64,000 bases of DNA from Eledone cirrhosa (lineage: Eukaryota): assembly GCA_964016885.1 (NCBI GenBank), contig OZ024742.1, positions 210,986,001 to 211,050,000 on the forward strand, in the 5' to 3' direction. Under the pieces are notes generated by a model that saw nothing but the letters and a program-made list of their open reading frames with translations, ran no database searches and had not been told where the DNA came from. Both the position numbers and the translations under genes were made by a program. Shown piece by piece: positions 25,801 to 40,800 of the stretch. Numbering within the stretch: the stretch's first letter is position 1; each line of letters begins with the position of its first letter.

Positions 25801-28800
25801 GTTAGATATTACTTTTAGTATTGACTGCCTATAGTAAGGTTTGAACTGAGAGAGGTTTGAAACATTGGTCTCCATCTTCCAAATTGTCAACATTCTAATT
25901 TTCAGTGAAACCGTTATCGTTAATAAAAATTAATTTCTTCATCTATGTTTTCATTTCTTTTCTTTCAGTTACAAACATCTGTTGTTATCTAGAAAGGAAT
26001 TGAATGAAATCAAGAACATTAAGGGTAAGTGGATGGTCTCTAATTTTAGAGCAAATGGGCTTTTTTACTGCCATCTATTACCATTAGTTATTCTTGGTTA
26101 TCTTGTTTCCTTATAATATAGGTAGACAGAAGCTACATGATAGGGGTATCTTTGATTATGACATCATCATTTAACCCTTTAATGTTCAAACCAGCCAGAA
26201 TTCTCTACCTCTTTCTGTTGAAACTGGCTGTAACTACTCGCTCATACTGATGTTAAGGTATTGTTCTCAAAATAAATACTTTCAAAATCTCATAGATTCG
26301 ATATTCATCATCATCATCATCACCGTTTTACGTCCGTTCTTCCACGCTAGCATGGGTTAGACGGGTTGTCCTGTTGTGGGCAGTGTCTGGTCGGCTGACC
26401 ATGCCTTGCTCATACAGGAACTGATCTGGCTTGATTTCTACAGCTGGATGCCCTTCCTAACACCAACCTCATTTACAGTGAGTGCTGGGTGCTTTTTCGT
26501 GGCGCCTACACGTCCACTTTACAGTGTGGGCTGGGTGCTTTTTTGCCGTGGCACCTCCACGACCACCTTGCGGTGGGGGGGGGGGGGGCATATTGTTTAT
26601 ATGCTTCAGCATGTACCCATGAGATAATTATGTGAGGTAAAGCCTTTACCATGAAAATCTAATAGTATTTAAAATAATAATGAAATTATTGTGTAAAGTG
26701 CTCAGGTGCACTACAACTCGTCAATATAGTACATAGAATAGAATAATACACAAATGCCAGGGAAGTACATGTTTGTATGTGTTAGCTGTAGTGTTGGCGG
26801 ATCTCGGGAAGCATGGAGGCCTTAAAGGATGCAGTGTCTCGACAGCTAACAACTGATGCAGGTAGTTTGTTCCATGCTTCAGCAACTCTGAGCGTGAAAA
26901 AATGTTTCCGAAAGTCATGGGAACTGTGCTGTTTTCTTACTTTGTGGGCATGTCCACGTGTGTTAGACACATGGAAATCGAAAAGGCACTCAGGGTTGTT
27001 GTTGGCAACATGGTTAACAATTTTGTGGGTGTTTACCAAGTCAGTTGCCAGGCGTCGGAGCTTTAATGAATCCATGCCCAGGGAAGCAAGGCGATCAGAG
27101 TATGGTAGATGCCTGATGGAGGGTATTCGCTTGGTTGCACGTCTCTGAACAGTTTCCAGGCGGTCAATGTCCTGAGCAAGATAGGGGTTCCAGACTGGTG
27201 ATGCAAATTCTAAGTGTGGTCGCACCATAGCTGTATACAGCCTTAAATAGATATCTGGAGAGCGGCTGACAAAGGTCTTGCTGAGTGATGCTAAGACACC
27301 CTCGGCCCTCTTGACAATTTTAGAGACGTGCCTCGTCCAACGCAAATCGCTGCTGACCGTAATGCCCAGGTCACGTTCACAGGAAGACTTCTTGATATTA
27401 GTGCTGTGGAGGGAGTATGTGGACGCTGGGTTTTTACTCCCAAAATGCATGGTGGTGCACTTGTCCACAGCTAGCTTGAGTTGCCAGTCTGAGATCCACT
27501 GTTGCATTGTGTCCAGGTCAGACTGCAAGCAAGATCTATAGTGTTCAGGATCTGTCCTTTTTATCTCAAGGTACAGCTTGATGTCGTCTGCGTACTTTAG
27601 TACTGTGGCATTCCTTAAGTTGGCATTTTATAGAGTAATGTGAATTCTAAAGGGTTAACGTCTATTTCCCATGCTTGCTTGGGTTAGACGAGTTGTCGTG
27701 TTATGAAACCAGACAGGTCAGGTGACCATACACTCTGTTTTTGGTTTGTTTTCCGATGGCTAAATGCACTTCCTAATGCCAACCACTTTACAGAGTGGAC
27801 TGGGTGCTTGAATTATTTAATTCTTATCTGTAGACAGGGCTGTGTCTATGACAGTATTTCACTTCATAGGTTATTAATATATGAATAAGATGAATAATCA
27901 AAATAACCAAGGAAGAGTTTAACCAACCATTCCTCTATATGAAACTTTCTTCAAATATGTGTTTCATTCTCCTATCTTTCTAATTTTTTTATTCATCAAA
28001 ATGTTCAGACATCTCTGGATACCTACTTGAAAAACTGAAATGAAATTTACAGCTCACATCTATATAGGTTTAGCTGGTTTCCTTCAAGGTTGTATCTCAT
28101 ACGAGGTTTGTTGAGTGTTTTAAAGATAGAGGCTCCAGTCCTTTCATGTTGTTGTCATTATAGCTCACACCTGTGTAGGTTTAGCTGGTTTCCTTCAAAG
28201 TTGTATCTCCTAGAAGCTTTCTCCATCATCATCACCGTTTTACGTCCATTCTTCCATGCTAGCATGGGTTAGACGGGTTGTCCTGTTGTGGGCAGTGTCT
28301 GGTCGGCTGACCATGCCTTGCTCATACAGGAACTGATTTTGACTTGATTTCTACAGTTGGATGCCTTTCCTAACACCAACCTCATTTACAGTGAGTGCTG
28401 GGTGCTTTTTTACTGTGGCGCCTACACGTCCACTTTACAGTGTGGGCTGGGTGCTTTTTTGCCGTGGCACCTCCACGACCACTTGGATGTTTTAATCAGA
28501 GGCAACACTCCTATCATAAAAATCCAAGTGAAATGAAGTGCCTTGCCTTGCTCAAGAACACACTACACTGACACTGCCTGGTCCAGGAATTGTACTCATA
28601 GGAGTACAGCACAGTAACCACTAGGCCACATGCCTTCCTATGTAACCACCTTTGTACCTATTTACTATATATGTATTTGGGTTTACAAATAAAAGTTCTA
28701 GTCCTGTAAAAATCATTTTTATATGAAATAAGTATTCTATAATCCATGGAAAAACATATACAACCATTATGATATTTTTTAATTTTTTTATTTTAATTTT

Positions 28801-31800
28801 TCGTTTATTAATTAAAATCCTTTGACATTTACTGATAACTTTTTCAGCCCATGCTGGTCCAATGGCATTACAAAATCTTGATTATTTAAACAAGTAAGTT
28901 GATTAAGTTGTCATTATCCTGATAGTAAAGATTGTACTGATTAACCTCTTCAGTTTCCTACATTTATTGTGTGGCATCTATTTCTTTTTCAAGACAGCTG
29001 ATGTGTAGAGGGAGCAAAGGATTGCTGACAAAACTAGTTGAAGTCTTGAAGAAAGAGCCAACGATATCAACATTCCGGTCAGTATATTTGAAGAATTGTT
29101 TGAGAATAAGTTGTATTATATTCTTAAATCTAAGGTCATTAGAATGACTGAATTGGGAGAGTGCTGGATTAAATTCATTTGGGTATTTTGTTACGTTCCT
29201 TTACATTAAGTTCAAATTCAACCAAAATCAACTTTGCCATTCATTCCTCCATGGCCAATAGTATAAGTACCAGTATATATTAGAGTCAAGTGATTATCTA
29301 TACTCTTTTCCTATCCTACTGTGGATATAAGATACCAATATTCTTACATCCAGAATAGGTTATATACAGCTACATCTTAGAGAAATGATTTCTATAATGA
29401 ATTTATCTTAATAAATACGCATGTAGAAATCTTTTTTCTAAAATCGCTTTGTAATATGCATTTTGCAGGTTCATTTCTCATGAATGCTCCAAGTATTTAT
29501 ACTAGGGAGTCCAAAGTGATTCAGACTGTTCATGAATTAATATTTAAAGAAGTGGATTGCCAGTATAGGTAGAGCATTGGACAAAATGCTTTATACCATT
29601 TAGCTATGGTCCTTTACGTCCTTAGTTCAAATCCAGCCAAGGTTAACTTTGCCTTCCATTCACCTGGTATCGATAAAATAAAGTACCAGTAAAGTACTGG
29701 GCTCGATTTAATCAACATTTTCCTCCCCACGAATTGCTGGCCTTGTGCTAGAAACAATTATTTAAGAGAGGTGTGAACACTACACCTTTATGAAAACTAG
29801 TTTAATAAAACTATTGATACTATTTCATCAATCAATGTTAAATGGCTAAATTATGTGTAAATGGATTTGAACTGTAAGATATGCATGCACATATTGTAAC
29901 AATAGGTGAACCCTGTTTGGGAGTATAAGGAGGAAAGACCATAGCTAAAATTGTTCTCTTTGCTCCACTATCCTCACTAATATGTCTATAAGCAGTTAAC
30001 TCAATATGATGTAGCTAATTAAAATAAACTTATTAAATAACTACATTCCAAAAGATTTTCTATGTTTAACCTGTTAATATTATATAATTAACTTAAGTCA
30101 AAATTCTTTCTTCTGCCAGTATCCAAGAGATATATATTTTCAGATTAGAAATCTCTACTTTCCAACTACATTTATTGAAGTAGATATCCTTTTATGTAAA
30201 ATACACCAAATTTCAAAGATAAAAGTTTTGGGGAATAAAATAATGTCTCGGGAGATTTTTCTTGTTTTATAAATTAGTCTTTTTTTCAGATTTTGGTTAG
30301 CTCGGGCTGTTGAAAGTTATCTTAGGGGTAGCACTTCCTACTGTGATCAGATTTTTCTTATGCGGCGGGATTTACTTCAGGTAAATACAATTCCTTTCAT
30401 AAAATTGGGTTTTTTGTTATTTTTTAATTATTTGGAGATGTGTGAAGGGCAATGCTTATATGGACTTTGGAGCACATCCATTGAGTTTTTTATTTTTTTA
30501 TTTTTTTTTTGGGGGGGAGGAGGAGGAATAGTGATGAGGGCTAATGCAGATAAAATCCAGTTTGAACTTCTGTTGTGTAATTTTACCTGTAAACTCTAAC
30601 TCATTTCCTGGGAAAATTTGAACAAATCTGAGCAAGTGTTTTGGAACATCATTCGTCATCATTATCATCATTTAACATCCATTGTAGTCAAAACCAGTCA
30701 TTACTTGAGTGGAGCATCTGACCTACAGGTGGGCCTGGGGCCTGACATGCGATCTTGTTCTCTATTCAGTACATTTTATCTTGGCATCAACGCTAGAGAA
30801 TAGTATATAATACATATAAAAAATATGCATGGAAAGGGGACATTAAAACGATGATGATGATGCAAAAAACAAGAGAAAAAGAAAATGTAAAAAGTAGATG
30901 AGGAGTGTCCAACCAATCAAATTATTTCTACTAGTAATTTTTAGTTGGCATGTTGATGGCTAAGTCACAGTTATAATAGTACAATAACACATACATGCTG
31001 ATACAGTTTATTGAATAGTAATGAACAGTGTGTATATAATGTTGTTTACATTTATCTCATTTCTATTTTCCATTTCTCTGTTTTTCTCTTTCTTTACCTT
31101 TTATATTTTATATATTGTATATATTACAGTTCTAAAACTCAAATTTGTTAAAATTTCCTGAAGAAATGGATTCTGCTAATCTCTTTAACTCTCTTTCTCG
31201 CTAATGAAGAATATATTTACTTTTTTAGCACGTTGCTGGTAATATTGTGAAGTATAATATAGGTAACAAAGAGATTCTACAGAGTAGTTTTGATCTCTTG
31301 GGAGAACTTATAAAATTCAACATTGATGGATTCAAGGACTTCAATACTATCCTCAATACAGAAAGTAAAGTGAGTTAAAGGATATTTTATATTTCTTTGT
31401 GGTTTTCTGCTAGCATGTGTAGTGTGGATATTGTATGCAAATATATATGCATATAGATATGATACATCAAATAAAATCATAATTGACAATATGTACAGAA
31501 ATTGAAGAGAGACGTTGTTACACTCTCTTCTGTAATCAGTAAAGTAATCCATGATACATTTAAAAAAAACGATATTATATATGAACTGCATTACGGCGAA
31601 ATGTTATGAAAATGAAAATTAACGATAGAAATATAAATGTTATATAACGATGCAAATATATGAACGTTTATATAAGTGATGTAATATAGCGTATGGTAAA
31701 GTGTTATGATATAACGGATGTTAACCAGAAGTGTTGACATTTAAAAATGTTAAAAGAAGTGAATCTTAAAATAAGCAATACATTCATCATCACCATTTTA

Positions 31801-34800
31801 CGTCCATTCTTCCACACTAGCTTGGGTTAGACGGGTTGTCCTGTTGTGGGCAATGCTAGATCAGGTGACCGTGTCTTGCTCATATAGAACTGATTTTGGC
31901 TTGATTTTTACAGTTGGATGCCCTTCCTAACACCAACCTCATTTACAGTGAGTACTGGGTGCTTTTTTACTGTGGCGCCTACACGACCACTTTACGGTGT
32001 GGACTGGGAGCTGTTTTGTTGTGACACCTGCACGACCACTTAACAGTGCAAGTGGGGTGGGGGCATACTGTCTATATGGTTCAGCTTTGGCTTGTACCCA
32101 TTTAATCAAGAGCTACGAAATTTATTAGATAAATTACATAATCTTCATTCATGATTTATTCAAAGTAATCCAACTTATTTTAATAACGTGTTCAGAAAAA
32201 CTATCCCTGGCACAGTCTTGCAGTTTTCCAATCATATATTAGATTACAAGGGCAGTGGATTGGTAGGATCATTAGAGTCTGAAACAAAATGCTTTGCAAC
32301 ATTTAGTTCTGAGATCTAATCCCACTGAGGTCAACTTTGCCTTTCATCTTTCCAGGCTCAATAAAATCAAGGACCAGTAAAATACTGTAGTTGATATAAT
32401 TAACTTCCCCCAGCCACAAATTACTGGCCCTTGTGCTTAAATTAGAAATTATTATTATTATTACATTAGTTTTATTTTTATTGCATATTTTCACTTCAAA
32501 ACTGGTACACCTTGAGTATGTGCAGTGTTTGTGTGTTATTATATTGAGTGTTCTATATATAATGTGTGCAGTGCCTGACATTATTTTCTGTATATTGTGT
32601 GTGTAGAAATCCTAGGTTTTCCTTTATATATTTGTTTGCATCTCTTCTTAAGGATTATTTATTACTGTTCTTATTATTTGTATTTTAATCTTTCTCAGAA
32701 TAGCATTCACTGCATTAATGTTAAGAAATTATAAATCCTAAAGTTATCTCAAGAGTCAGGGATTGTTAATTGTGGGAATTAATACCTCAAACGTTCCATA
32801 CTCTTGTATAAGCCGAGAAATGTGTGACAAAAAGATTGCTTGTAAAATGGGAGAACAACTCATATTCGGGGTTGATATTTTGCTGATTTTCACCAACTTA
32901 AAAATTCTACATAAATGTGGTGCTAAAATATTTTTGCTTTGGAGGTGAATATTACACTGGTTTCAGTTTCAATGGGAAATTAATATTTCTTATTATTTTG
33001 GAAATACTTTGAATGAATATGGCCTTCAAAATAGTCGGATATTGGTAACATACCATTACATAATGGAGTTGTGAAACAAAAACTATTCTTTAAATGACAT
33101 TTAGAACATTTTAAATATCAAAATATTAGCACTTTATAAATATATATTCTCCATTCATAAGGATTTCAAAACCACACCATCTAAATATGATGTTCACTAG
33201 TTGCCTCGGCTTATACACAGAGTTTGAATTTTTGCCCATTTCTCAGACATAAAATAGGGGGTCAGCTTATCATCATCATCATCATCATCATTTTACATCC
33301 ACTTTTCCCTGCTTGCAAGAGTGGGATGGGTCCTATTCAGCACAGCATCTCTCCATTCGTCACAGTCCTTTGTCATCTCTTCCGTGAGCTTCAGCGATCT
33401 GAGGTCAGCTCTCACCACCTCCGCCCATGTTTTTCGTAGTATTCCTCTACTGCGTCTTCCTTCTACTGGGATTTCTTGGCACTTCTTTACCCAGCGGTCA
33501 TCCTCCATACGCATCACATGTCCATACCATTGCAGTCTTCTCTTCCGCACACTACAACTTATCTCTCTTATACAGAGTTTCTCTCTCAACTCATCTATGC
33601 TTGATCATTCACGCACATTGACATTGCACATCCAACGAAACATGCTTGCTTCATTTCTCTCCAGCCGTCGCATATCCTCCACAGTTGATGTCCATGTCTC
33701 ACTACCATGCAGCATCGCGCATCTCACACAGACATCATATAACCAACCTTTCGTTCATAGGGAGAAACCCTTCTTTGTCAACAGAGGAAGCAGCTCCCTA
33801 ACTTCTTCCAACCCGTCCTTATTCTAGATACTATGGCCTCGGAGCACCCTCCTCCCTTACTAATATGATCACTTAGGTATCGGAAGCTATCAACCACCTC
33901 TATAGATCCTACCTGCATTTGAAAAATGTGTCTATCACTGCGACTTCTACTGTCAAATTTCCCTGTACATCTACTGCATATGTAGTTTTCCCTACCTGTT
34001 AGTTTGCCTGCTATCCCACTACATCTCTTGTGTACCCAAGATCTGCATTGTGTACATTTTATAGAATTTATGCCAACTCCTTTCCTACATACTGAACATG
34101 GCCATTTCCCTGGCGGAATCAGAGTTTTGTCCTCTTCCCTACTTATCAACACTTTAGTCTTAGCTAGGTTCACTCTCAGTCCTCTTAATTCCAATTGCTG
34201 TTTCCATAGCCAGAATTTATTCTCTAGCTCCTCTACTGATTCTGCTATAAGTACCAGATCGTCAGCATACAGAAGTTCCCATGGGCAGCCAGTCTTAAAT
34301 TCAAGTATATATAGTAATTTGTAGAAAATAATTTTTATTTGATTTTATTTTATTATCAGTGTATCACTGATCAATTCTCTGACACATGCAGAGAGTTTGT
34401 CCTCACCATCAGTATGAAGAAAATTGATATTTTGACTCAGGATGTTCCATACCTTCCTTTCATTTTTATTAATGATTCCACACTTAAAGTAGTAGATTAC
34501 TTAAGATATCTGAGCTCAATCATAGCTAACAGCTTGCTTCTCTCAACACTGAGATTAATGACTCCACACTCAAATTAGTAGATAACTCCTCTTTCCACCC
34601 CACCCACCCCCGTTCACTCTCCCCAGTCTTAATACCCCACTCTCACCTGCTAAATATCCCATGCACCTAGTTGATGTTGAAATTGCTTACCTGTTCCCAA
34701 CCTTTACCCCTGATAAACCTTGTCTGCCTAACCCATGCATAAAACCATGAAAGCTGGACATGCTTGACATCTGATCTCCTACAATATTGTTGCCATGACA

Positions 34801-37800
34801 AAAAGCACAAAGCCCACCTTGTATGCTGATCCAGTGCCACAACAGCAAAAGCATCCAGTCCATCCCGTAAGGTGGTCATGTTGGTAACAAGAAAAAAATC
34901 ACCCAGTCAACACTATAAGGTCATGTTGGTAACAAAAGGTTGCCAGTTCATCCTGTCAGGTGGTCATTTGGGTGCCATGATAAAAAGCACCCAGTCCACA
35001 CTGTAATGGGGTTGGCATCCAGCCATAGAAACCAAGCCAAAATACAGATCCGTATTAGCATAACGTGATCTCCAGACCCGACTTGTCTCATAATGTGACA
35101 ACCAGTCTAACCCATGCAAGCATGGAAAATAGATGTTAAATGATGATGATGATGATACACACACACACACACATGCAAGCGCGTGCGCATAAGCATGTAT
35201 AATCTCACTTATCTATTTTCTCTTTTTTCTCTTTCAAGTTTAATAAATTCATCTCAACAGTCAACAGAAATCTAGTGGATTCTAACATGTTTATCCGAAG
35301 TTTAATTCTGTCTCTTGAACATTTCACAGATGACGCACAATATGATGGTAAGATCAGTTGTATCTTGTAGATGGTGTAGGTGAATGTTAACCTATTAGTG
35401 AAAAAAACATAATAGGAATAGTCAGAAAGAAAATTTTTTAAGAGATGATACCTTAAAAAATATCAAAGCTCATAATTGTTTAGTTTTAAATAATTTTTCT
35501 GGAAAGTTTTCTTTAAAGCTTGAATTATTCTGTTGATGAAAATTAAGCTTGTTATTGAATATTGACTCTCTGATCCATTTTTATCTCAGAGATAAACATG
35601 TTTTAGAGATATGAATATTTATGCAAAGAAGGGTGGTGGATTGGCAATAGTGGTTGAACATCAGGTAACATGCTTTGCTCCATATTGTTACAACCCTTTA
35701 TATTCTGAGTTCAAATCCTGCCGAGGTTAGCTTTGCCTTTCATCCTTATGGGGTTGATAAAGTACCTATAACATATTGGGGCAATTTATTTAACTGTCCT
35801 CTTCCCTTCAAATTGCTGACCTTGTACCAAAATCAGAAACCATTATTTATGCCAAGAGATGGTGGGTTGGCAGAGTCATTAGAGTCTTGAGTAATTCTTA
35901 GCAGTCTTTCTTTTGAGTTCCAATCCCTGTCAAGGTCAACTTTGCTTTCATCTTTTCGAGGTGAATAAAATAAAGTACCTGTAAAGTACTGGGCCTGTAT
36001 AATTGACTTTCACCTCTCTACCTTGTGCCTATGTTAGAAAGAATTATTTATGCCAAGTAGGATCATTTTACATTGTTGACAGCACAATATTAGGCTATAA
36101 TAAATTTTGAGCTTGCGATCAGCAATATAACACTTTAACTTTTTCTTTTTATTCATATATGTTTCTATATTAAAGAGAAAAGAGAAAAAAAACACAATAT
36201 GTTAATTATTTATACATTTTTATCTTTCAGCTATCCGAAAGCACAACCGTTTATTAGTGCATATAGCAGATTTTAAACAACAACTTGACTATTTGCGAGA
36301 ATTAATCAACATAATCAGTGTTCAAAATCTCACTCAGGTATTGATGATGCTTCCATTATTGCAATTTGATGACATTATTGAAGATGAAAACTTTTAGTTG
36401 TGGGTATTGCTATATCTTTAAAGCAATATATATTGTGAGATATCAACATCATCATCATCATCATCATCACCGTTTTACGTCCGTTCTTCCACGCTAGCAT
36501 GGGTTAGACGGGTTGTGGGCAGTGTCCAGTTGGCTGACCTTGTCTTGCTCACACAGGAGCTGATTCTGGCTTGATTTCTACAGCTGGATGCCCTTCCTAA
36601 CACCAACCTTATTTACAGTAAGTGCTGGGTGCTTTTTTCCGTGGCGCCTACATATCCACTTTACAGTGTGGGCTGGGTGCTTTTTTGCCGTGGCACCTCC
36701 ACGACCACTTATGCTTCAGCTTCGGCTTGTACCCATGGAAGTCGGTTCTTCTGTATTACTGCGTGATGCCAGAGGTCACGGTCGTGTGTAATCGCCACTG
36801 AGAGGTGCAATTGGGTATGGTCGGCTTTTATCATCTCATCCCATGTCTTCTTGGGTCTCCCCACTCCGCGGGGGATATATCTGAAAAATATTTAAAAACT
36901 ATTTACTCATATTTCCAACTAGTAGCCATTTCATTACTCTTTTGTATAATGGCGAAGTTACTAAGATTTAAACATATTGTTTACTCTACTTTATTTATGA
37001 TTTATTCTCAAAAACATTAATCAAATCTAGAATGAAAATATTTACAAAAAACATTTTTTTTGTTTACTCAATGAATACATTCAACTTTCACATTTTAAAT
37101 TAAGATAAAAACAAATTGATTAAAATTGTTTTCTATCTTAGTATCCTGAAATGTAAAGTGTTTGGAGTATCTATGTGGTTGCTTTACTTTTAGCTACATA
37201 ACATTTGAACTGTCACTATTCATTTTGGTAAGAAATCTCCAAGAAAATACAAGTCATTTTCTTTTTTCCTTAATGATATTTAGGGCTTATCATTTTTTAT
37301 GTTAACTTTCATAATTATTTTATATCTGTTCATTAGGAAAATGTAAGCTGTTTAAACACAACATTAGTATTCCTAATGTTTGCCAATCAAAAGAAAAGTT
37401 TACCAAAATATCTTCATGCTCTACAAGATGACACTGATGACCTCTTGCATGTTAATATACCTGGCTCGATCATGGGTAATTTCAGGTAATACAAAAAAGC
37501 TCCTTATCAGTTTAATGATTTTTTTTCCATATTAACATTGAAATTTTAATTTATATGCACGATGAGGATGGCTGCTTTATAGCTTGACGCTCTTTTTTGT
37601 GCTAATTATTATATGACTTATCTATTTACTTGATTGGCAGATGAAACAAGCTAGAGTATCTTAGGCTTCTATATAAATCATTCAACATGGTTATACATCG
37701 ATATTTTATAAAAGGAAAATGAAGTCGAAATCTCTAATGTACATCACCAACACAAAAATAGAATGATTTTACTGAGAAACTTTATAGATAAGGGTTTGGA

Positions 37801-40800
37801 CAAAACTTAATACAATATATTTTAAAGGCTAAAAGATGTCTTAGTAGAGGATTCTTCATTTGTAAAATTACCAAACTACTTGAATTTAACATTAACAAAA
37901 TAGAATTATTCTTTTGTCCATCTAGAATCATTTGATCAGTCGAGATTCATCATCCATTTAACTGGTTAATTTTATACTCTATCATTATTCACTTACCACC
38001 ACCACCACCATCATCATCATCACCATCACCATCACCATCATCATCATCATTTAACGTCTATCTTCCATGCTAGCATGTACCATATATTTTTATTACTTAA
38101 TTCTTCCATATTGACTAAGATATTTCATTGCTAAAGAATTATAATGAAACTACAGAGTATAAAGTGAAGATAACTAAACTTTTAAGAAATGGTAACTTGA
38201 GAACAATGTAAGGTTTGAGAAACTTCATGTAAATTTTTACTTTGTAGAAAACAAAAATTTGGAAAATGTTGGCAATGTATAGAAAATTATGTATTGCACA
38301 GAAAATACTTGGTTGTTGTTGTCATCTTTATAATTGTCTGAAAATAAGATGTGATTATTACAGGAACTTTTTTATCATAGCTCACCTGGAACTAAACAAC
38401 AGACTGCAAAACAAATAGAAATGACAAATCATCATTTTACATCTGTTTTCCTTGCTAGCCTGGCTTATACAGATTGGCACATTTTAAGACCAGACAGGAC
38501 AGATGACCATGCCCTGCTCATACATAGTAGTTTTACATGGTTTCTGTAGTTAGATGCTTTTCCTAATGCCAACCATCTTATAGCATATATTAAATGCATT
38601 TTATCATGGTGTCAACACTACCACTTTACAGTGTGGGCTGGGTGCATGTGATGGTGCTGTAACCAGCACCACCACATGCAGAGTGCCCCAAGTGCATCTC
38701 TGTGTTGGATTAACATTAGGCAAGCAATCATTGTGTCCTTAACCTAGCCAAGAAAGTGTGGGGCATGGTAACAGTAGCAGCTTCAAGTTGTTTGGTGTGA
38801 GGGCTATCACTCAGGAAGGAGCAGAGAGCTGGTGACTGATTAGAAGCAACTTTCAACGGAGTGAGAGACTAACAGTTCAAAGTAGAGTGGGGGAAGGGGA
38901 TAGATGTATAGAATTGGTGGGTTCATACAGGGTCAAGATAAACCTCTTTGTGTATATGGCAGCATTTTTATTTCGATAGGAAAGAAGGGGAGTGGGGTGA
39001 GACCAGAGCAAGAAGAAGAGAGGAAAGGCATATTAAAAATAAGAGACCTAAATGATATATCTCATCTTCATTACATCATGATCTTCTAGGGCGGTGGATT
39101 GGCAGTATCAGTAGAGGGCCAGACGCCATTCTGAGTTCAAATCCCGCTGAGGTTAACTTTGCCTTTCATCGTTACGGGGTCGATAAAATAAAGTACCAGT
39201 AATACACTGGGATAATTGCTGGCCTTGTGCCAAAAGTAGAAACAATTATATCATGATCTTCATCATGCATGTTTCATCCTGCTACCATGTAGTGCAACAC
39301 ATCTATCAAACATATTTTTTATTTTATTTTACTTTTGTAACAAAAATAAACAGATTTTTACAAGAATGTGATAGATTGGTGTGAAATGTTTCACTCTCAA
39401 TTGTTTTTTGTTTTTTTATCTTGACTCTTCGGTAATTTTCTAGGGGGTTAAGTTGCAGTTTTAAAGAAAGTTCTATTATAATTAAATTTGAATGTTTGCT
39501 CATCTCCCATTTTTTAGTAATAAATTCTCATTGATTTGCTGGTTTGTCTCAAGCAGCTATGTAGAGGTTACTGAATTTTCTTTTTAATTGTATTTCTAAT
39601 GATACCATTAAATATGAATTTATGTTGTTTCCAAATTAATTTATTTGTCTGGTTGTAGGGAGTTATTGTTATTCTGGCAAGATCATTATTTACATAAAGA
39701 CAAAGATTGTAGTGCTCTTGAAAAGGTAAGGTTATTTTAATTTTTTCAGTTTTTAATTTTTATTCATTTTTTACAAGATGCTCCACTTAACCCTTTAGCA
39801 TTTACATTACTCTATATATACTATTGTATTTATGTCTTACATAATTATCTCACATAATATCGAATCTATGAGATTTTTATGTTATTTATTTTGAGAACAA
39901 TGCCCTAATGTCAGTATGAGTGGTCAGTTATTACTGGTTTCAACAGAAGGAGGTGAGAAAATTCTGGCCATATATGGCTGGTTTAAATGCTAAAGGGTTA
40001 AATGTGTTGCACTCTGTGATATTTATTAAATAAAGACCACAGCAGCAAATTGTTTGGTGCTTCAAGGTAAATAATTAATAGAAAGGGTAGAACACTGGAT
40101 TAATTACTTTACAGTATTTAGTCTCATTCTTCTACATTAAATCTTCAAATCCCATCATATTTGATTTTGCTTGTTCCCACCCTCCTCTCTTTCAAGTTGA
40201 CAATATAAATACTAGTTCATCATCATCATTACCGTTTTACATCCGTTCTTCCACGCTAGCATGGGTTAGACGGGTTGTCCTGTTGTAGGCAGTGTCCGGT
40301 TGGCTGATCTTGTCTTGCTCATACGGGAACTGATTCTGGCTTGATTTCTACAGCTGGATACCCTTCCTAACACCAACCTTATTTACAGTGAGTGCTGGGT
40401 GCTTTTTTTCCGTGGTGCCTACACATCCACTTTACAGTGTGGGCTGGGTGCTTTTTTGCCGTGGCACCTCCATGACCACTTTGCAATAGGAGGGTGTGGG
40501 GGCTTATTGTCTATATGCTTCAGCTTCGGCTTGTACCCCTGGGTCTTCTGTATTACTGTGTGACGCCAGAGGTCACGGTCGTGTGTCATCGCCTTTGAGA
40601 GGTGTAATTGGGTAAGGTTGGCTTTTATGACCTCATCCCAGGTCTTCTTGGGTCTTTCCACTCCGCGGTTTCCATCGACTTCTAGTGCTCTGCACCTTTT
40701 TATGCAGCTGTCATCCTCCATACGCATCACATGTCCATACCAACGCAACCGCCTCTCCTGCACACAGCATTTGATTCCTCTTATGCTGTCTCTCTCTCAA

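Larger units (their letters stand above)
26175..27654. mobile_element. piggyBac-like MITE carrying nested insertions
   Basis: TTAA|cccttta ... taaaggg|TTAA; body matches the reverse complement of 39791-39997. Confidence 0.75.
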
